Shown piece after piece: positions 46,499-56,036 of a stretch of 64,000 nt of DNA (its first letter is position 1; each line of letters starts with the position of its first letter). A program made the position numbers and the translations under genes. The notes beneath the pieces were generated by a model. That model did not search any database. It had not been told where the DNA came from and saw only the letters and a program-made list of their open reading frames with translations. Source of the DNA: Minisyncoccota bacterium (GTDB lineage: Bacteria; Patescibacteriota; Minisyncoccia; Phycocordibacterales; Phycocordibacteraceae); NCBI GenBank assembly GCA_041660025.1, contig JBAZXD010000001.1:158499-222498 (forward strand), read 5' to 3'.

Positions 46499-48973
46499 AT
46501 GGCGCGCGGGAAGGACGACATTGAGAAAGGCGCGGCGACTCTTGTCGCCGCGAACGTCATTGACCAGCCGATCGTCACCGAGATGCGCCAGTCGTATATC
46601 GACTACGCGATGACCGTCATCACCGCGCGCGCCCTGCCGGACGTGCGCGACGGGCTGAAGCCGGTGCATCGCCGCATCCTCTACGCGATGAAGGAGATGG
46701 GGCTCGTACCCGGCGCGAAGTTCCGCAAGTCGGCCGCGGTGGTCGGCGACGTGCTCGGCAAATATCACCCGCACGGCGACATCGCCGTGTACGACTCGAT
46801 GGCGAAGATGGCACAGCTCTTCTCGTATCGTTATCCGCTCGTCTTGGGACAGGGCAACTTCGGTAGCATCGACGGCGACTCGCCGGCGGCGATGCGCTAT
46901 ACCGAAGCGAAGATGTCGCGCATCGCGGAGGCGCTCCTCAACGACCTCGAGAAGGAGACCGTCGCGTGGAACAAGAACTACGACGCGACGCGCGAAGAGC
47001 CGAACGTGCTCCCCGCCGCACTCCCGAACCTGCTCCTCAACGGGACGCTCGGCATCGCGGTCGGGATGGCGACGAACATCCCTCCACACAATCTCCGTGA
47101 GGTTGTCGCCGCGACTGTCCACCTTATCGAGAACCCGGACGCGACGACCGACGACCTCCTCAGTTTTGTGAAGGGTCCCGATTTCCCGCTCGGCGGCGTC
47201 GCATTCAACCAGTCGGATATCAAGCACGCGTACGGGAGCGGCAAGGGGCCGGTGGTGGTACGCGGCGAGGCGGAAATAGTGGATGACGGGAAGAAGGATA
47301 CGAAGATCATCATTACCTCCATCCCGTACCGCGTGAATAAGAGCGAGCTCATCTCGCGCATCGCGGAATTGGTGCAGGATAAGAAGCTCGAAGGTATCCG
47401 CGACCTGCGCGACGAATCCACCTCGGACATCCGCGTCGTCGTCGAGCTGAAGGGCACCGCGCATCCGCAGGCGGTTCTCAACGCTTTGTATAAACACACC
47501 GAACTTGAGAGTACGTTTCATTACAATATGCTCGCGTTGGTGCAGGGCGTACCGGAGATGCTCTCGCTTTCGGGTATGCTCGGGCATTTCATCAAGCATC
47601 GCCAAGAGGTGGTGAAGCGTCGCACCGAGTACGACCTGCGGCAGGCCGAGGCGCGCGAGCACATCCTCCTCGGGCTCTGTAAGGCGCTCGACCATATCGA
47701 CGAGGTCATCGCGGTCATCAAGAAAGCGGCGGATATCCCCGCCGCAAGTGCGGCACTCCAGAAGAAGTTCGGCTTCTCGCCGCTCCAGGCCGCCGCCATC
47801 CTCGAGATGCGCCTGTCGAAGCTCGCCGGACTCGAACGCAAGAAGCTCGAGGACGAGCTCTCGGAGGTGCAGGCACTCATCAAGCGGCTGAAAGAGATCC
47901 TCTCCTCGGCGAAGAAGATCCTCGCGGTCGTGAAGAAGGAGCTTGAAGAACTCGCAGAGAAGTATGGCGACGACCGTCGCACCCGAATCGTGAAGGGCGG
48001 CGTGCAGAACATCTCGGTCGAAGACCTCGTGCCGGACGAGGAGTCGATGCTTGTCTTGACCGAGGGTGGCTACGTGAAGCGCACGAACCCGAGCGAATAC
48101 CGAAAGCAGAAGCGCGGCGGCGTGGGCGTCGTAGACATCGCGACCAAGGAGGAGGACATCGTGACGCACTTCCTCGTTACCTCAGCGCACAGCGACCTTC
48201 TCTTCTTCACGAACTTCGGCAAGGCGTACCAGATCAAGATGTACGAGATACCGGAGGGGAAGCGCGCGACCAAGGGGAAGAGCATTATGAATTTCCTCCC
48301 GCTCGCGGGCGACGAGTCGGTGACGAGCGTGCTCGCGGTGCCGAAGGGCGCGGCGCTCGACGCATCGTCCATCGTCTTTGTCACGCACGAGGGCGTGGTG
48401 AAGCGCGTTGCGGCGAAGAGCTTCGCGGACGTGCGCCGCTCGGGCATCATCGCCATCAATTTGAAGAAGGGCGACACGCTTGTCTCCGCGAATCTCGCCG
48501 GCGAGGGCGACACGGTCTCTATCGTTTCCGCGAAGGGGCAGTCCATCCGTTTTGATACCGAGGATGTGCGCGAGATGGGTCGCACCGCCGGCGGGGTGCG
48601 CGGCATGAGCGTGAAGAAGGGCGACCGCGTCGTCTCGGCGGAGGTGATTCCCGCAACCGCGAAGGACGCCTCGCTCCTCGTCATTATGAGCAAGGGCTAC
48701 GGCAAGCGCACAAAGCTTTCCGAATACAAAGTGCAGGGCCGCGGCGGCTCGGGCATCAAGACCGCGGAGGTCACACCAAAGACCGGCGAGATCATCGGCG
48801 CGCGCGTCGTCTCCGGCGACCTCGCTGATGAAGAGCTCGTAGTGGTCTCGAAGAAAGGTCAGGTCATCCGCACCGGCGTCGCCGAGATATCGCTCCTCTC
48901 GCGCGCCACTCAGGGCGTCCGTATTATGAAGATGCGCGAGGGCGACAGCATCGCCAGCATGGTCGCGTTATAA
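46499..48973 (+). CDS. gyrA: DNA gyrase subunit A
   Basis: The N-terminal region is typical of GyrA ([42 protein letters not shown]). The active-site Tyr region is present, as is the C-terminal beta-pinwheel repeat region. Confidence 0.9.
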   Translation: MARGKDDIEKGAATLVAANVIDQPIVTEMRQSYIDYAMTVITARALPDVRDGLKPVHRRILYAMKEMGLVPGAKFRKSAAVVGDVLGKYHPHGDIAVYDSMAKMAQLFSYRYPLVLGQGNFGSIDGDSPAAMRYTEAKMSRIAEALLNDLEKETVAWNKNYDATREEPNVLPAALPNLLLNGTLGIAVGMATNIPPHNLREVVAATVHLIENPDATTDDLLSFVKGPDFPLGGVAFNQSDIKHAYGSGKGPVVVRGEAEIVDDGKKDTKIIITSIPYRVNKSELISRIAELVQDKKLEGIRDLRDESTSDIRVVVELKGTAHPQAVLNALYKHTELESTFHYNMLALVQGVPEMLSLSGMLGHFIKHRQEVVKRRTEYDLRQAEAREHILLGLCKALDHIDEVIAVIKKAADIPAASAALQKKFGFSPLQAAAILEMRLSKLAGLERKKLEDELSEVQALIKRLKEILSSAKKILAVVKKELEELAEKYGDDRRTRIVKGGVQNISVEDLVPDEESMLVLTEGGYVKRTNPSEYRKQKRGGVGVVDIATKEEDIVTHFLVTSAHSDLLFFTNFGKAYQIKMYEIPEGKRATKGKSIMNFLPLAGDESVTSVLAVPKGAALDASSIVFVTHEGVVKRVAAKSFADVRRSGIIAINLKKGDTLVSANLAGEGDTVSIVSAKGQSIRFDTEDVREMGRTAGGVRGMSVKKGDRVVSAEVIPATAKDASLLVIMSKGYGKRTKLSEYKVQGRGGSGIKTAEVTPKTGEIIGARVVSGDLADEELVVVSKKGQVIRTGVAEISLLSRATQGVRIMKMREGDSIASMVAL

Positions 48974-49058
48974 AAAATATTTGTCCCCATTGCGCGGGAG
49001 GGGGAGCGGGCGTACCCTTTAAAAGGGCCGTTTCGAAGAACTTTTTAGGAGAACAGCC

Positions 49059-49361
49059 ATGACAGCCGGTATGCTCGACCATATCATCATGCAGACGATC
49101 GCGACTGAACTCGGTCTCCCTGAGTCATCAAAATTCCCTTTTTTATTTGACTGCGCCGAGGGGATTGCGGAAGTGCGGTTGCCGGCGCCAGGCGCGAATT
49201 GGCTCGACTATCAGTTACCCCTTGAGACATCCGACGTCATCGGAAAAGGAGAAACGATCGACGAGGCACTCGCAGATGCATGCGTCAGCTACCGCATAGC
49301 AGCAAGGGATACGGTGCTTTCCGGGAGTCTCAATGCGAGCAGAAAAGTTATTTTGCAATGA
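49059..49361 (+). CDS. Small protein, possibly a HicB-like (RNase H-fold) antitoxin domain
   Basis: AGGAG sits 7 nt upstream of the ATG. The ~100-aa acidic protein has an alternating hydrophobic pattern. The resemblance to the HicB/UPF0150 family is weak, and no partner toxin is visible. Confidence 0.3.
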   Translation: MTAGMLDHIIMQTIATELGLPESSKFPFLFDCAEGIAEVRLPAPGANWLDYQLPLETSDVIGKGETIDEALADACVSYRIAARDTVLSGSLNASRKVILQ

Positions 49362-49450
49362 ACATTCAACGCGAAGGCCGCCCGGAGGAGCGGCCTTTCC
49401 ATTTGTTGATTGTGCGGCTCGGGGAGGGGAGTGCGTGGTAGTTTATATAT

Positions 49451-49987
49451 ATGAGCGCGCATTTCAGTTCTCCGCACGAGAATGTACTCCAGCTTGGCCT
49501 GCGCGAAGGAATGAAGGTCGGCGACTTCGGCGCGGGCTCGGGTCATTATACGAAGGCGGCGGCGGCCATCGTCGGGCACGGAGGGAGGGTCTACGCGATC
49601 GACATACAGGAGGATGTGCTGAAGCACATCCGGCTGAATGCGCACATCCATCATCAGAACATCATCAACACCGTCTGGGGCGATATCGAGAAGCCGGGTG
49701 GCACGCATCTGCGCGACCAGTCGCTCGACGCGGTGATCCTCGCCAACACCTTCTTTCAGATCGAGAACCGTTTCGGGCTCTTGAAGGAGATGCAACGCGT
49801 ACTGAAGTCGGGCGGCAAGCTTATGGTGGTGGATTGGGCGGGGAGCTACGGCGGCATAGGTCCAGCACCTGAGAAAGTCGTGTCCGAGCACGCGACCGAG
49901 GATTTCTTTATCAGCGGCGGCTTCCATAAGGTAAAATCATTCCGTGCCGGGCCGCACCACTACGGCATCATCTTCTCCTCACCATGA
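49451..49987 (+). CDS. Class I SAM-dependent methyltransferase (type 11-like)
   Basis: It has motif I (VGDFGAGSGHYT) and a post-I acidic residue (YAIDIQED). Confidence 0.7.
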   Translation: MSAHFSSPHENVLQLGLREGMKVGDFGAGSGHYTKAAAAIVGHGGRVYAIDIQEDVLKHIRLNAHIHHQNIINTVWGDIEKPGGTHLRDQSLDAVILANTFFQIENRFGLLKEMQRVLKSGGKLMVVDWAGSYGGIGPAPEKVVSEHATEDFFISGGFHKVKSFRAGPHHYGIIFSSP

Positions 49988-51291
49988 AAATCTCTCTCTT
50001 CCAGGGCATCCTCTTCGGCATATTCGGCATCGGCGCGCTCGTCGGTCTCTTCGTCTTCGCGACGTATACGAGCAACAACGACGGATCGGGGATGGTCGGC
50101 ACGGTCGTCATCTGGGGGACACTGCCCGCCGAGCCTCTCCTGGCGATGCTTACCGCCGCCGCCCAGGCCGACACGACCCTGAAGAGCGTTTCGTACGAGC
50201 AGAAGAGTGCGGCAACACTGTCCGCCGACCTCGCTTCAGCGATCGCGACCGGCGCCGCGCCCGATCTCATCCTCGCGTCGCAAGAAGAGCTGCACGCGCT
50301 CGCGAAGTTCATCAGTCCGATACCTTTCGATACGCTCCCCCCGCGCACCTTCTCAGACACCTTCGCCGCCGCTGGGGAAGTCTTTATCGCGCCGGGCGGC
50401 GCCGGCTACTACGGACTGCCGTTCCTTATCGACCCGCTCGTCCTCTTCTCTAATCGTTCTATCCTCGCATCGAGCGGCATCGCGCGGCCTCCTGCGACCT
50501 GGGAGGCGCTGACCGGTCTCGTGCCGAATGTCGCCGTCTTCACTCCTTCGCGGCAGGTCACGCGCGGCCTTATCGCGCTCGGCACCTACGACAATGTCCA
50601 TAACGCGCGCGGGATACTCTCCGCGCTCTTCCTCCAGCAGGGCGTCCCGCTCTCCGGGTACTCTGCGAACGGGAGTCTCGCCGCCACGCTCGGCGTGGCG
50701 GCGACAAGCGGCGTACCGCCCGGACCGGCAGTGCTCGGCTTCTACACCCAGTTCGCCGACCCTTCGAAGGTCTCGTACACCTGGAACGCCTCACTGCGGG
50801 ATTCTCAACAGGCATTTCTCGCAGGCGACCTCGCACTCTATCTCGGGTACGCCTCTGAAGCGCGGTACCTGCGCGCCGCGAATCCGAATCTCAATTTCGA
50901 TGTCTCGCCTCTGCCTCAGCCGGCGACCGCCTCGCTCAAGAGCGCGTACGGTCTCGTCTACGCGCTCCTGATCCCGCGCGGCGCGCCGAACGCCGCCGGC
51001 GCGTATCAGGCCGCCGCGCTTCTCACCGACCCTGCGCAACAGACGGCCGCCGCCGCCAACACAGGGCTCGCTCCTGCGACCCTGACCCAGCTCGCGGCGG
51101 CGCCTGCCGACCCCATATTCGCGGTCGCGTATGCCGAGGCCCTCTACACGAGAGGCTGGCTGTCCCCAGCGCCGGCCGATACGGACGCCGTTTTCTCGGG
51201 TATGATTGGGAGTGTGATAAGCGGCCGTTCGAATCTAGAAGCCGCGCTCGTCTCCGCCGAGCGCTCTTTAAGCTCGCTTCTTCAAAAATAA
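49984..51291 (+). CDS. Membrane-anchored extracellular solute-binding-protein-like protein (ABC SBP family 1-like)
   Basis: It has an N-terminal TM helix and a ~400-aa periplasmic-binding-protein-like body. The start overlaps the methyltransferase stop. No permease or ATPase partner is present in the window. Confidence 0.55.
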   Translation: MKISLFQGILFGIFGIGALVGLFVFATYTSNNDGSGMVGTVVIWGTLPAEPLLAMLTAAAQADTTLKSVSYEQKSAATLSADLASAIATGAAPDLILASQEELHALAKFISPIPFDTLPPRTFSDTFAAAGEVFIAPGGAGYYGLPFLIDPLVLFSNRSILASSGIARPPATWEALTGLVPNVAVFTPSRQVTRGLIALGTYDNVHNARGILSALFLQQGVPLSGYSANGSLAATLGVAATSGVPPGPAVLGFYTQFADPSKVSYTWNASLRDSQQAFLAGDLALYLGYASEARYLRAANPNLNFDVSPLPQPATASLKSAYGLVYALLIPRGAPNAAGAYQAAALLTDPAQQTAAAANTGLAPATLTQLAAAPADPIFAVAYAEALYTRGWLSPAPADTDAVFSGMIGSVISGRSNLEAALVSAERSLSSLLQK

Positions 51292-51292
51292 T

Positions 51293-51781
51293 ATGCGTAT
51301 ATCTGTCATCGCCATCTCCACCTTCTTTATGCTCGCCTCTACCGCTTTTGCCGGTACGCAGGCCGCGGGCGAGATATGTAATTATTCCAGCGATTGCATT
51401 TCAGGACTTTCGTGCGGTGGTAGCGGAACATGTCAAGCGACCCAAACGACCGGTATCAATACCTCTGGAACCCAAGTAACGGGCGTTAACACCTCTGGAC
51501 AGAACGTCACTCTCATCAACCCACTTAAGGGCGGCGCCAGTATCGAATCGTTCCTGCGCAGTATCTTAGCGTTCGTCGTACGCATCGGCTCTATCATCGT
51601 CATCCTGATGCTCGTCCTTGTGGGCTACAAGTTCGTCACCGCACAGGGCGAGCCGGGGAAGATATCCGAGGCGCGGCAGATGCTTCTCTGGACCGTCGTT
51701 GGCGCGCTCATCCTGCTCGGCGCGCAGGCGATAGCCACGGGTATCGAGGCGACTATGCAGGCGCTCTCGACCGGGAGATGA
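51293..51781 (+). CDS. Paralog 1 of a tandem array of small two-helix membrane proteins (VirB2/TrbC-pilin-like); signal peptide plus a Cys/Gly/Thr-rich N-terminal region
   Basis: It shares a C-terminal core with the five downstream ORFs: a hydrophobic helix, then a G(Y/K)F/KYF turn, a basic loop, and a second helix containing WxxVGALILLG. Confidence 0.55.
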   Translation: MRISVIAISTFFMLASTAFAGTQAAGEICNYSSDCISGLSCGGSGTCQATQTTGINTSGTQVTGVNTSGQNVTLINPLKGGASIESFLRSILAFVVRIGSIIVILMLVLVGYKFVTAQGEPGKISEARQMLLWTVVGALILLGAQAIATGIEATMQALSTGR

Positions 51782-51782
51782 T

Positions 51783-52052
51783 ATGACATTCGCTCAGTTC
51801 ATCGGGAGTGGCAGTACCGGCATCATCGGCATCATCAACACCATCATCATCCCGCTCATCTTCGCGCTCGCGTTCCTCGTCTTCATCTGGGGCGTTTTGA
51901 AGTACTTCATCTTTAGTATCGGCGACGAGGGGAAGCGCAGCGAAGGGCGACAGTTCGTCCTCTGGGGCATCCTCGGGATGGTCGTGCTCCTCTCGGTCTG
52001 GGGATTCGTGAATATCGTGTTATCCACGCTCGGCATCGCGCCGCGCGCGTGA
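51783..52052 (+). CDS. Paralog 2 (89 aa) of the pilin-like array
   Basis: It has the shared motif IPLIFALAFLVFIWGVLKYFIF...GKRSEGRQFVLWGILGMVVLLSVWGFVNIVL. Confidence 0.6.
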   Translation: MTFAQFIGSGSTGIIGIINTIIIPLIFALAFLVFIWGVLKYFIFSIGDEGKRSEGRQFVLWGILGMVVLLSVWGFVNIVLSTLGIAPRA

Positions 52053-52070
52053 TGTGTCATACTTGCCTTT

Positions 52071-52424
52071 ATGTATACTCAAAACTACACCAATTTCTTC
52101 TGGGGAGGGACTTCGTTCGGTCCGGGGACGTTCGGCTGTTCCGGCACCGTCTGCGGCGTCGCGGACACCATCCTCTACCTTATTAACAACGTCGCGGTGC
52201 CGCTCCTCTTCGCTATCGCGTTCATCGTATTCCTCTACGGCATCGCCCGAGCCTACATCTTCTCGAGCGGCGAGCCGGAGGAGGTCCAAAAGGGCCACAA
52301 GCTCATCCTCTGGGGCCTTATCGCCTTCGCGGTGATGATATCCGTCTGGGGACTCGTCAACGTCGTCGCGAACACCTTCGGTCTCGGCGGCTACTACGCG
52401 CCAATCCTCCCAAGGTCATATTAA
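52071..52424 (+). CDS. Paralog 3 (117 aa) of the pilin-like array
   Basis: It has the shared motif VPLLFAIAFIVFLYGIARAYIF...GHKLILWGLIAFAVMISVWGLVNVV. Confidence 0.6.
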   Translation: MYTQNYTNFFWGGTSFGPGTFGCSGTVCGVADTILYLINNVAVPLLFAIAFIVFLYGIARAYIFSSGEPEEVQKGHKLILWGLIAFAVMISVWGLVNVVANTFGLGGYYAPILPRSY

Positions 52425-52428
52425 TATT

Positions 52429-52860
52429 ATGAAAACAATTTCCCGCTTCGCCACGATATTCGTCTTCGTAGCATCCTTCGCCACGCCTCTTTTCGCCGCC
52501 GCTCAATTCGCACTCCCCACAGATCCTTCTGCTCCGAACGTTACGCCCACCATCTCTGGGAGTGGCGGCATCGACCCGACCTATCTGCAGGGCTACAAGA
52601 CCAGCATCATCGGCATCATCAACGGGATGCTCGTACCGGTGCTTGTCGCTATCGCGTTCATCACCTTCCTCTGGGGCGTCTACAAATATTTCATCCTCGG
52701 CGCGGACAGCGATACCGAACGCGCGACCGGGCGACAGTTCGTCCTTTGGGGCATTATCGGTTTCGTCGTGATCTTATCCGTATGGGCTCTGGTAAATATC
52801 GTCAGCGGGACGTTCGGCCTCCAGGTAGGCAATACTGCGCCGCGCCCGCCGACCATCTAA
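52429..52860 (+). CDS. Paralog 4 (143 aa, signal peptide) of the pilin-like array
   Basis: It has the shared motif VPVLVAIAFITFLWGVYKYFIL...GRQFVLWGIIGFVVILSVWALVNIV. Confidence 0.6.
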   Translation: MKTISRFATIFVFVASFATPLFAAAQFALPTDPSAPNVTPTISGSGGIDPTYLQGYKTSIIGIINGMLVPVLVAIAFITFLWGVYKYFILGADSDTERATGRQFVLWGIIGFVVILSVWALVNIVSGTFGLQVGNTAPRPPTI

Positions 52861-52950
52861 TCGAAAGGTGATATCCACACGCCGCGCTGGAACAGCTTGA
52901 CCGGACCTGCAGGAACGCTACAATTACTACGTTAATCACTTACCTACCCT

Positions 52951-53325
52951 ATGAAAAAAGCTCTCGCCCTCACCACCGGAACAGTCGCCGCACTCGCCCT
53001 ACCGCTCGTCTCTCTCGCTGCGGTCAACAATCTTTCGGACGTCGGTTCGTTCATTATCAATACTATCAACAACATCCTCGTGCCGGTGCTCTTCGCCGTC
53101 GCGTTCATCGTCTTCCTCTGGGGCGCGTTCAAGACGTTCATCGTGGGCGCCAACAACGAGGAGGTGAAGGAGAACGGCAAGAATCTCATGCTCTGGGGCC
53201 TTATCGGCTTCTTCGTGATGGTCTCTATCTGGGGCCTCGTGAACATCCTCACCGGCACCATCAGCTTCGGGAATGCCACCGGGCCGAGCGCTACGCCCAA
53301 GACCGGCGTCCAGATCGGCGGATAA
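52951..53325 (+). CDS. Paralog 5 (124 aa, signal peptide) of the pilin-like array
   Basis: It has the shared motif VPVLFAVAFIVFLWGAFKTFIV...GKNLMLWGLIGFFVMVSIWGLVNIL. Confidence 0.6.
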   Translation: MKKALALTTGTVAALALPLVSLAAVNNLSDVGSFIINTINNILVPVLFAVAFIVFLWGAFKTFIVGANNEEVKENGKNLMLWGLIGFFVMVSIWGLVNILTGTISFGNATGPSATPKTGVQIGG

Positions 53326-53595
53326 ATGGAAGTTCTCAACGCGTTTCTCGCGAAGGTTGTCGTGCAGATTGTTAATCCACTGATTCTGCTTCTCGCGGCG
53401 AGCGCGTTCGTCGTCTTCGTCTGGGGCATTTTCGAGTTCATTAAGGGGGCGGGGGACGAGGGGAAGCGGGAGGAGGGTCGCCGCGCGATTATGTGGGGCA
53501 TCATCGGACTCGTTATCATCTTCGGCGCGTACGGCATCATCAACGTCGCGCTCGGCACATTCGGCATCGCGCCGATCACGAAAATCTCGCAGTAA
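53326..53595 (+). CDS. Paralog 6 (89 aa) of the pilin-like array
   Basis: It has the shared motif NPLILLLAASAFVVFVWGIFEFI...GRRAIMWGIIGLVIIFGAYGIINVAL. Its start abuts the stop of paralog 5. Confidence 0.6.
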   Translation: MEVLNAFLAKVVVQIVNPLILLLAASAFVVFVWGIFEFIKGAGDEGKREEGRRAIMWGIIGLVIIFGAYGIINVALGTFGIAPITKISQ

Positions 53596-53611
53596 ATATA
53601 TAAAAAGAAGA

Positions 53612-53633
53612 AGCCGTCCATTGCTGGACGGCT
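53612..53633. terminator. Hairpin gccgtcca-ttgc-tggacggc between the convergent pilin-like operon and a minus-strand membrane-protein gene
   Basis: An 8-bp perfect stem is followed by a T/G-rich tail (TTGTGTGTG). It may act bidirectionally. Confidence 0.4.
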
Positions 53634-53660
53634 TGTGTGTGCATTGCGCACGAAAGAACT

Positions 53661-54410
53661 TCAGTTTGGTCGAACGAACTTGTACGTAACACTGTTCGGT
53701 TTCCCGGTCGTGTCGCGCACATACTGATACAGCATCGGACCGCTCCCGCACGGGTTTTGGGTATCTCCCACAATACCCTCGTGTCCATCTGTATAGACAC
53801 AATGAGTGGTGAACCCGCTACCAGTAAAGGCTGCTGCGTAGCCGGGCGGTGCGCTGACACGAGGAGAATCACCGTTTGCCGGCATTGAGAGGATCGATTT
53901 TGCGAACCGTTCCCGCTCCTGCCGGCTACTCGTATCGCTCGTGGCCCAATTCCATATCGGGATTCCGAGAAATAAGAGAAGCATCGCCACCGCTGCGATA
54001 GTCTGCAGCGTTTTCGCCGCCGCTCCCAACGCTTCCGCGTTGAGTGCGATGAGGGCGATGACGATTCCCCAAAGGGCGAGGAGCCAGAGCCAGTGATCCC
54101 AGCTCCAGTCTCCCATCTGCGAGAACCGCAGTCCCGGGGTATAGAGACCCCAGAATATCCCCACACCGACGAGAAAGAGCAGGATGGACGGCCAGTATGG
54201 CGTGAGCCGTTCAAGCCGTCCTCCTCCGTTCGTCGCCGTTGCTGTAGCAGAAGTTCCAGAGGCCGTCCCAGTTTTTCGGTCCAGCTCCGCCTGCTCTCGG
54301 GCCATTTTTTTTGAATGTGGTCTTACTACGAGTCGAAGATAAATGACGACAAAGATTGTCAGAAGCAAGAGCGAGACTAACCCGCTCACAACTGAAAGCG
54401 CCGTGTCCAT
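53661..54410 (-). CDS. Hypothetical polytopic membrane protein (250 aa)
   Basis: AAGGAGG sits 8 nt upstream of the ATG (MDTALSV). It has ~5 TM helices and a C-terminal soluble segment. The start overlaps the stop of the upstream SPFH gene (ATGA). Confidence 0.55.
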   Translation of the reverse strand: MDTALSVVSGLVSLLLLTIFVVIYLRLVVRPHSKKMAREQAELDRKTGTASGTSATATATNGGGRLERLTPYWPSILLFLVGVGIFWGLYTPGLRFSQMGDWSWDHWLWLLALWGIVIALIALNAEALGAAAKTLQTIAAVAMLLLFLGIPIWNWATSDTSSRQERERFAKSILSMPANGDSPRVSAPPGYAAAFTGSGFTTHCVYTDGHEGIVGDTQNPCGSGPMLYQYVRDTTGKPNSVTYKFVRPN

Positions 54411-54412
54411 AA

Positions 54413-55516
54413 TCAGTTTCCTCCTTTCGGAATGAACGGGCTGTTCGCCCAAATGATTCTGGCACCAGCACCACCAGCGTCCCGCATCGCATCGAGCTGG
54501 GCGAGCAACATACCCTCGTCGCCGTTCCTCTTAATGACTTCGAGCCGCTTAGAGAGAGCGGTAGCTTCCGCTTCGCCTATCCGTTCGATTACTTCCGCCT
54601 TCGCTTTTCCGTCGAGGACTGTCGCCTCAGCTTCTTGCTTGGCGACATAGGCTTTCGTAGCGGCTTCTTGATGCAGCACTTTCCCATCGCCAGAAAGCTC
54701 GATGGTCTGCAGGTCTGCCGTGCGTATGTCTACGCCATAGCGTCCCTTCAGACCTTTGAGACCATTACTGGTGAGTTCATCGTCAGGTAGAGTATCTTTC
54801 AGGGTAATGATTTTCTTCGAGAAATCGGATAGATCGGCAGAAATGAGTTTCTCGAATAGATGTTTCCCCACGAAGTCTCGTACGAGCCGATTGATTGCTG
54901 CCGTGATGCGATGCATCCAGTCTTCGCCACTGAACAGTGCACGATACGGATTGCGTATCGCGACCGTAACGAGCGTGAGCTCGTCCGTCGGCAGACGGTC
55001 TTCTGTTTCCGCCGAATCAGTCTTGATGGCATAGGTGAAATCGGCAACATAGATGAAATCGGTCGGCGCCGCTCGAGGAAAAATCTTTTCCTTACCTCCG
55101 CTCTCTCGGTCAGTGATTGTCTCATTCCACTCAAAGGAGTAGACATAGACACTATGTGACCACGGCAATCCGACCCAGTACAGACCGAGTTTCTTCAAGA
55201 TCCACGGACGATCCTTGTCATAATACTCGTCATTCATTTGATCACCCAGGAAGCCTTTCTGATTGTGTCTCCCGTGATACAAGACTTCCCAGTCGGGGAA
55301 TTCATGCCGGTATCCCGGCTTTGACGGACGATTGAGATGGTAGCCGTCGAAGGAAATGACGAACTGTTCGAACTGCTTGCCACGCATGATGGCTTTTACC
55401 GTCCCTTCTTTTACGGTGGTGAACAGGATGTTCTCCTGCGCAAGCCACTGGAGGAAGAAAGGGAAGCCAACGATGAGTACTACCACCAACAGCATTGTCG
55501 CGATGACATAGGTCAT
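54413..55516 (-). CDS. SPFH/band-7 (stomatin/prohibitin-like) domain protein
   Basis: AAGGAG sits 8 nt upstream of the ATG. It has an N-terminal TM helix, an SPFH core, and a C-terminal Ala/Glu-rich coiled coil (AKQEAEATVLDGKAKAEVIERIGEAEATALSKR). Confidence 0.75.
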   Translation of the reverse strand: MTYVIATMLLVVVLIVGFPFFLQWLAQENILFTTVKEGTVKAIMRGKQFEQFVISFDGYHLNRPSKPGYRHEFPDWEVLYHGRHNQKGFLGDQMNDEYYDKDRPWILKKLGLYWVGLPWSHSVYVYSFEWNETITDRESGGKEKIFPRAAPTDFIYVADFTYAIKTDSAETEDRLPTDELTLVTVAIRNPYRALFSGEDWMHRITAAINRLVRDFVGKHLFEKLISADLSDFSKKIITLKDTLPDDELTSNGLKGLKGRYGVDIRTADLQTIELSGDGKVLHQEAATKAYVAKQEAEATVLDGKAKAEVIERIGEAEATALSKRLEVIKRNGDEGMLLAQLDAMRDAGGAGARIIWANSPFIPKGGN

Positions 55517-55639
55517 GATGTTTCTCCTTTGATGTATGGGCGGCGGAAAGAGCCGCTTTCTGGTATGCAGAATACACGAAACTATGGGAAAGTCAAGTGC
55601 TGGGGAGCGCGTACTCGCGCGAACCGATATTAGTCCGAG

Positions 55640-55722
55640 TGCTGGGGAGAGGACTCGAACCTCCAATGGGTTGCCCCGCTAGCTCCTAAGGCTAGTGCGT
55701 CTACCAATTTCGCCACCCCAGC
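55640..55722 (-). tRNA. tRNA-Leu (anticodon UAG)
   Basis: Minus-strand cloverleaf with a long variable arm, acceptor GCUGGGG/CCCCAGC, and anticodon loop CUUAGGA. Confidence 0.85.
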
Positions 55723-55843
55723 GCTTCCAAAGCATACTATGTTCTGCTATATTTTTCTTTACGCACCTATATCTTCTCAAACTCGATATAGGCTGCTCGT
55801 TCGGACCGTAAGAATCCGAGGACGTATTCTTACATCCTCACTC

Positions 55844-55916
55844 GCACCTATAGCTCAGTTGGTAGAGCAGCTCCCTCTTAAGGAGACGGTCCCTGGTTCG
55901 AGCCCAGGTAGGTGCA
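55844..55916 (+). tRNA. tRNA-Lys (anticodon CUU)
   Basis: Cloverleaf: acceptor GCACCUA/UAGGUGC, anticodon loop CUCUUAA, and T-loop TTCGAGC. There is one mismatch at the top of the anticodon stem. Confidence 0.75.
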
Positions 55917-55947
55917 CTAAGTTTCTGTAGTACTAAACGTTTCTTTG

Positions 55948-56036
55948 TACCAAGGGTGGGACTCGAACCCACATGAGGGTTTTTAGGCCCTCTCAGGATT
56001 TTAAGTCCTGTGCGTCTACCATTCCGCCACCTTGGC
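55948..56036 (-). tRNA. tRNA-Leu (anticodon UAA)
   Basis: Minus-strand cloverleaf with a long variable arm, acceptor GCCAAGG/CCUUGGU, and anticodon loop CUUAAAA. Confidence 0.85.

Noticed and set aside
45989-48169. 726-aa minus-strand ORF
   Set aside because: It is antisense to gyrA, which is unambiguous, and its composition is His/Arg/Asp-rich.
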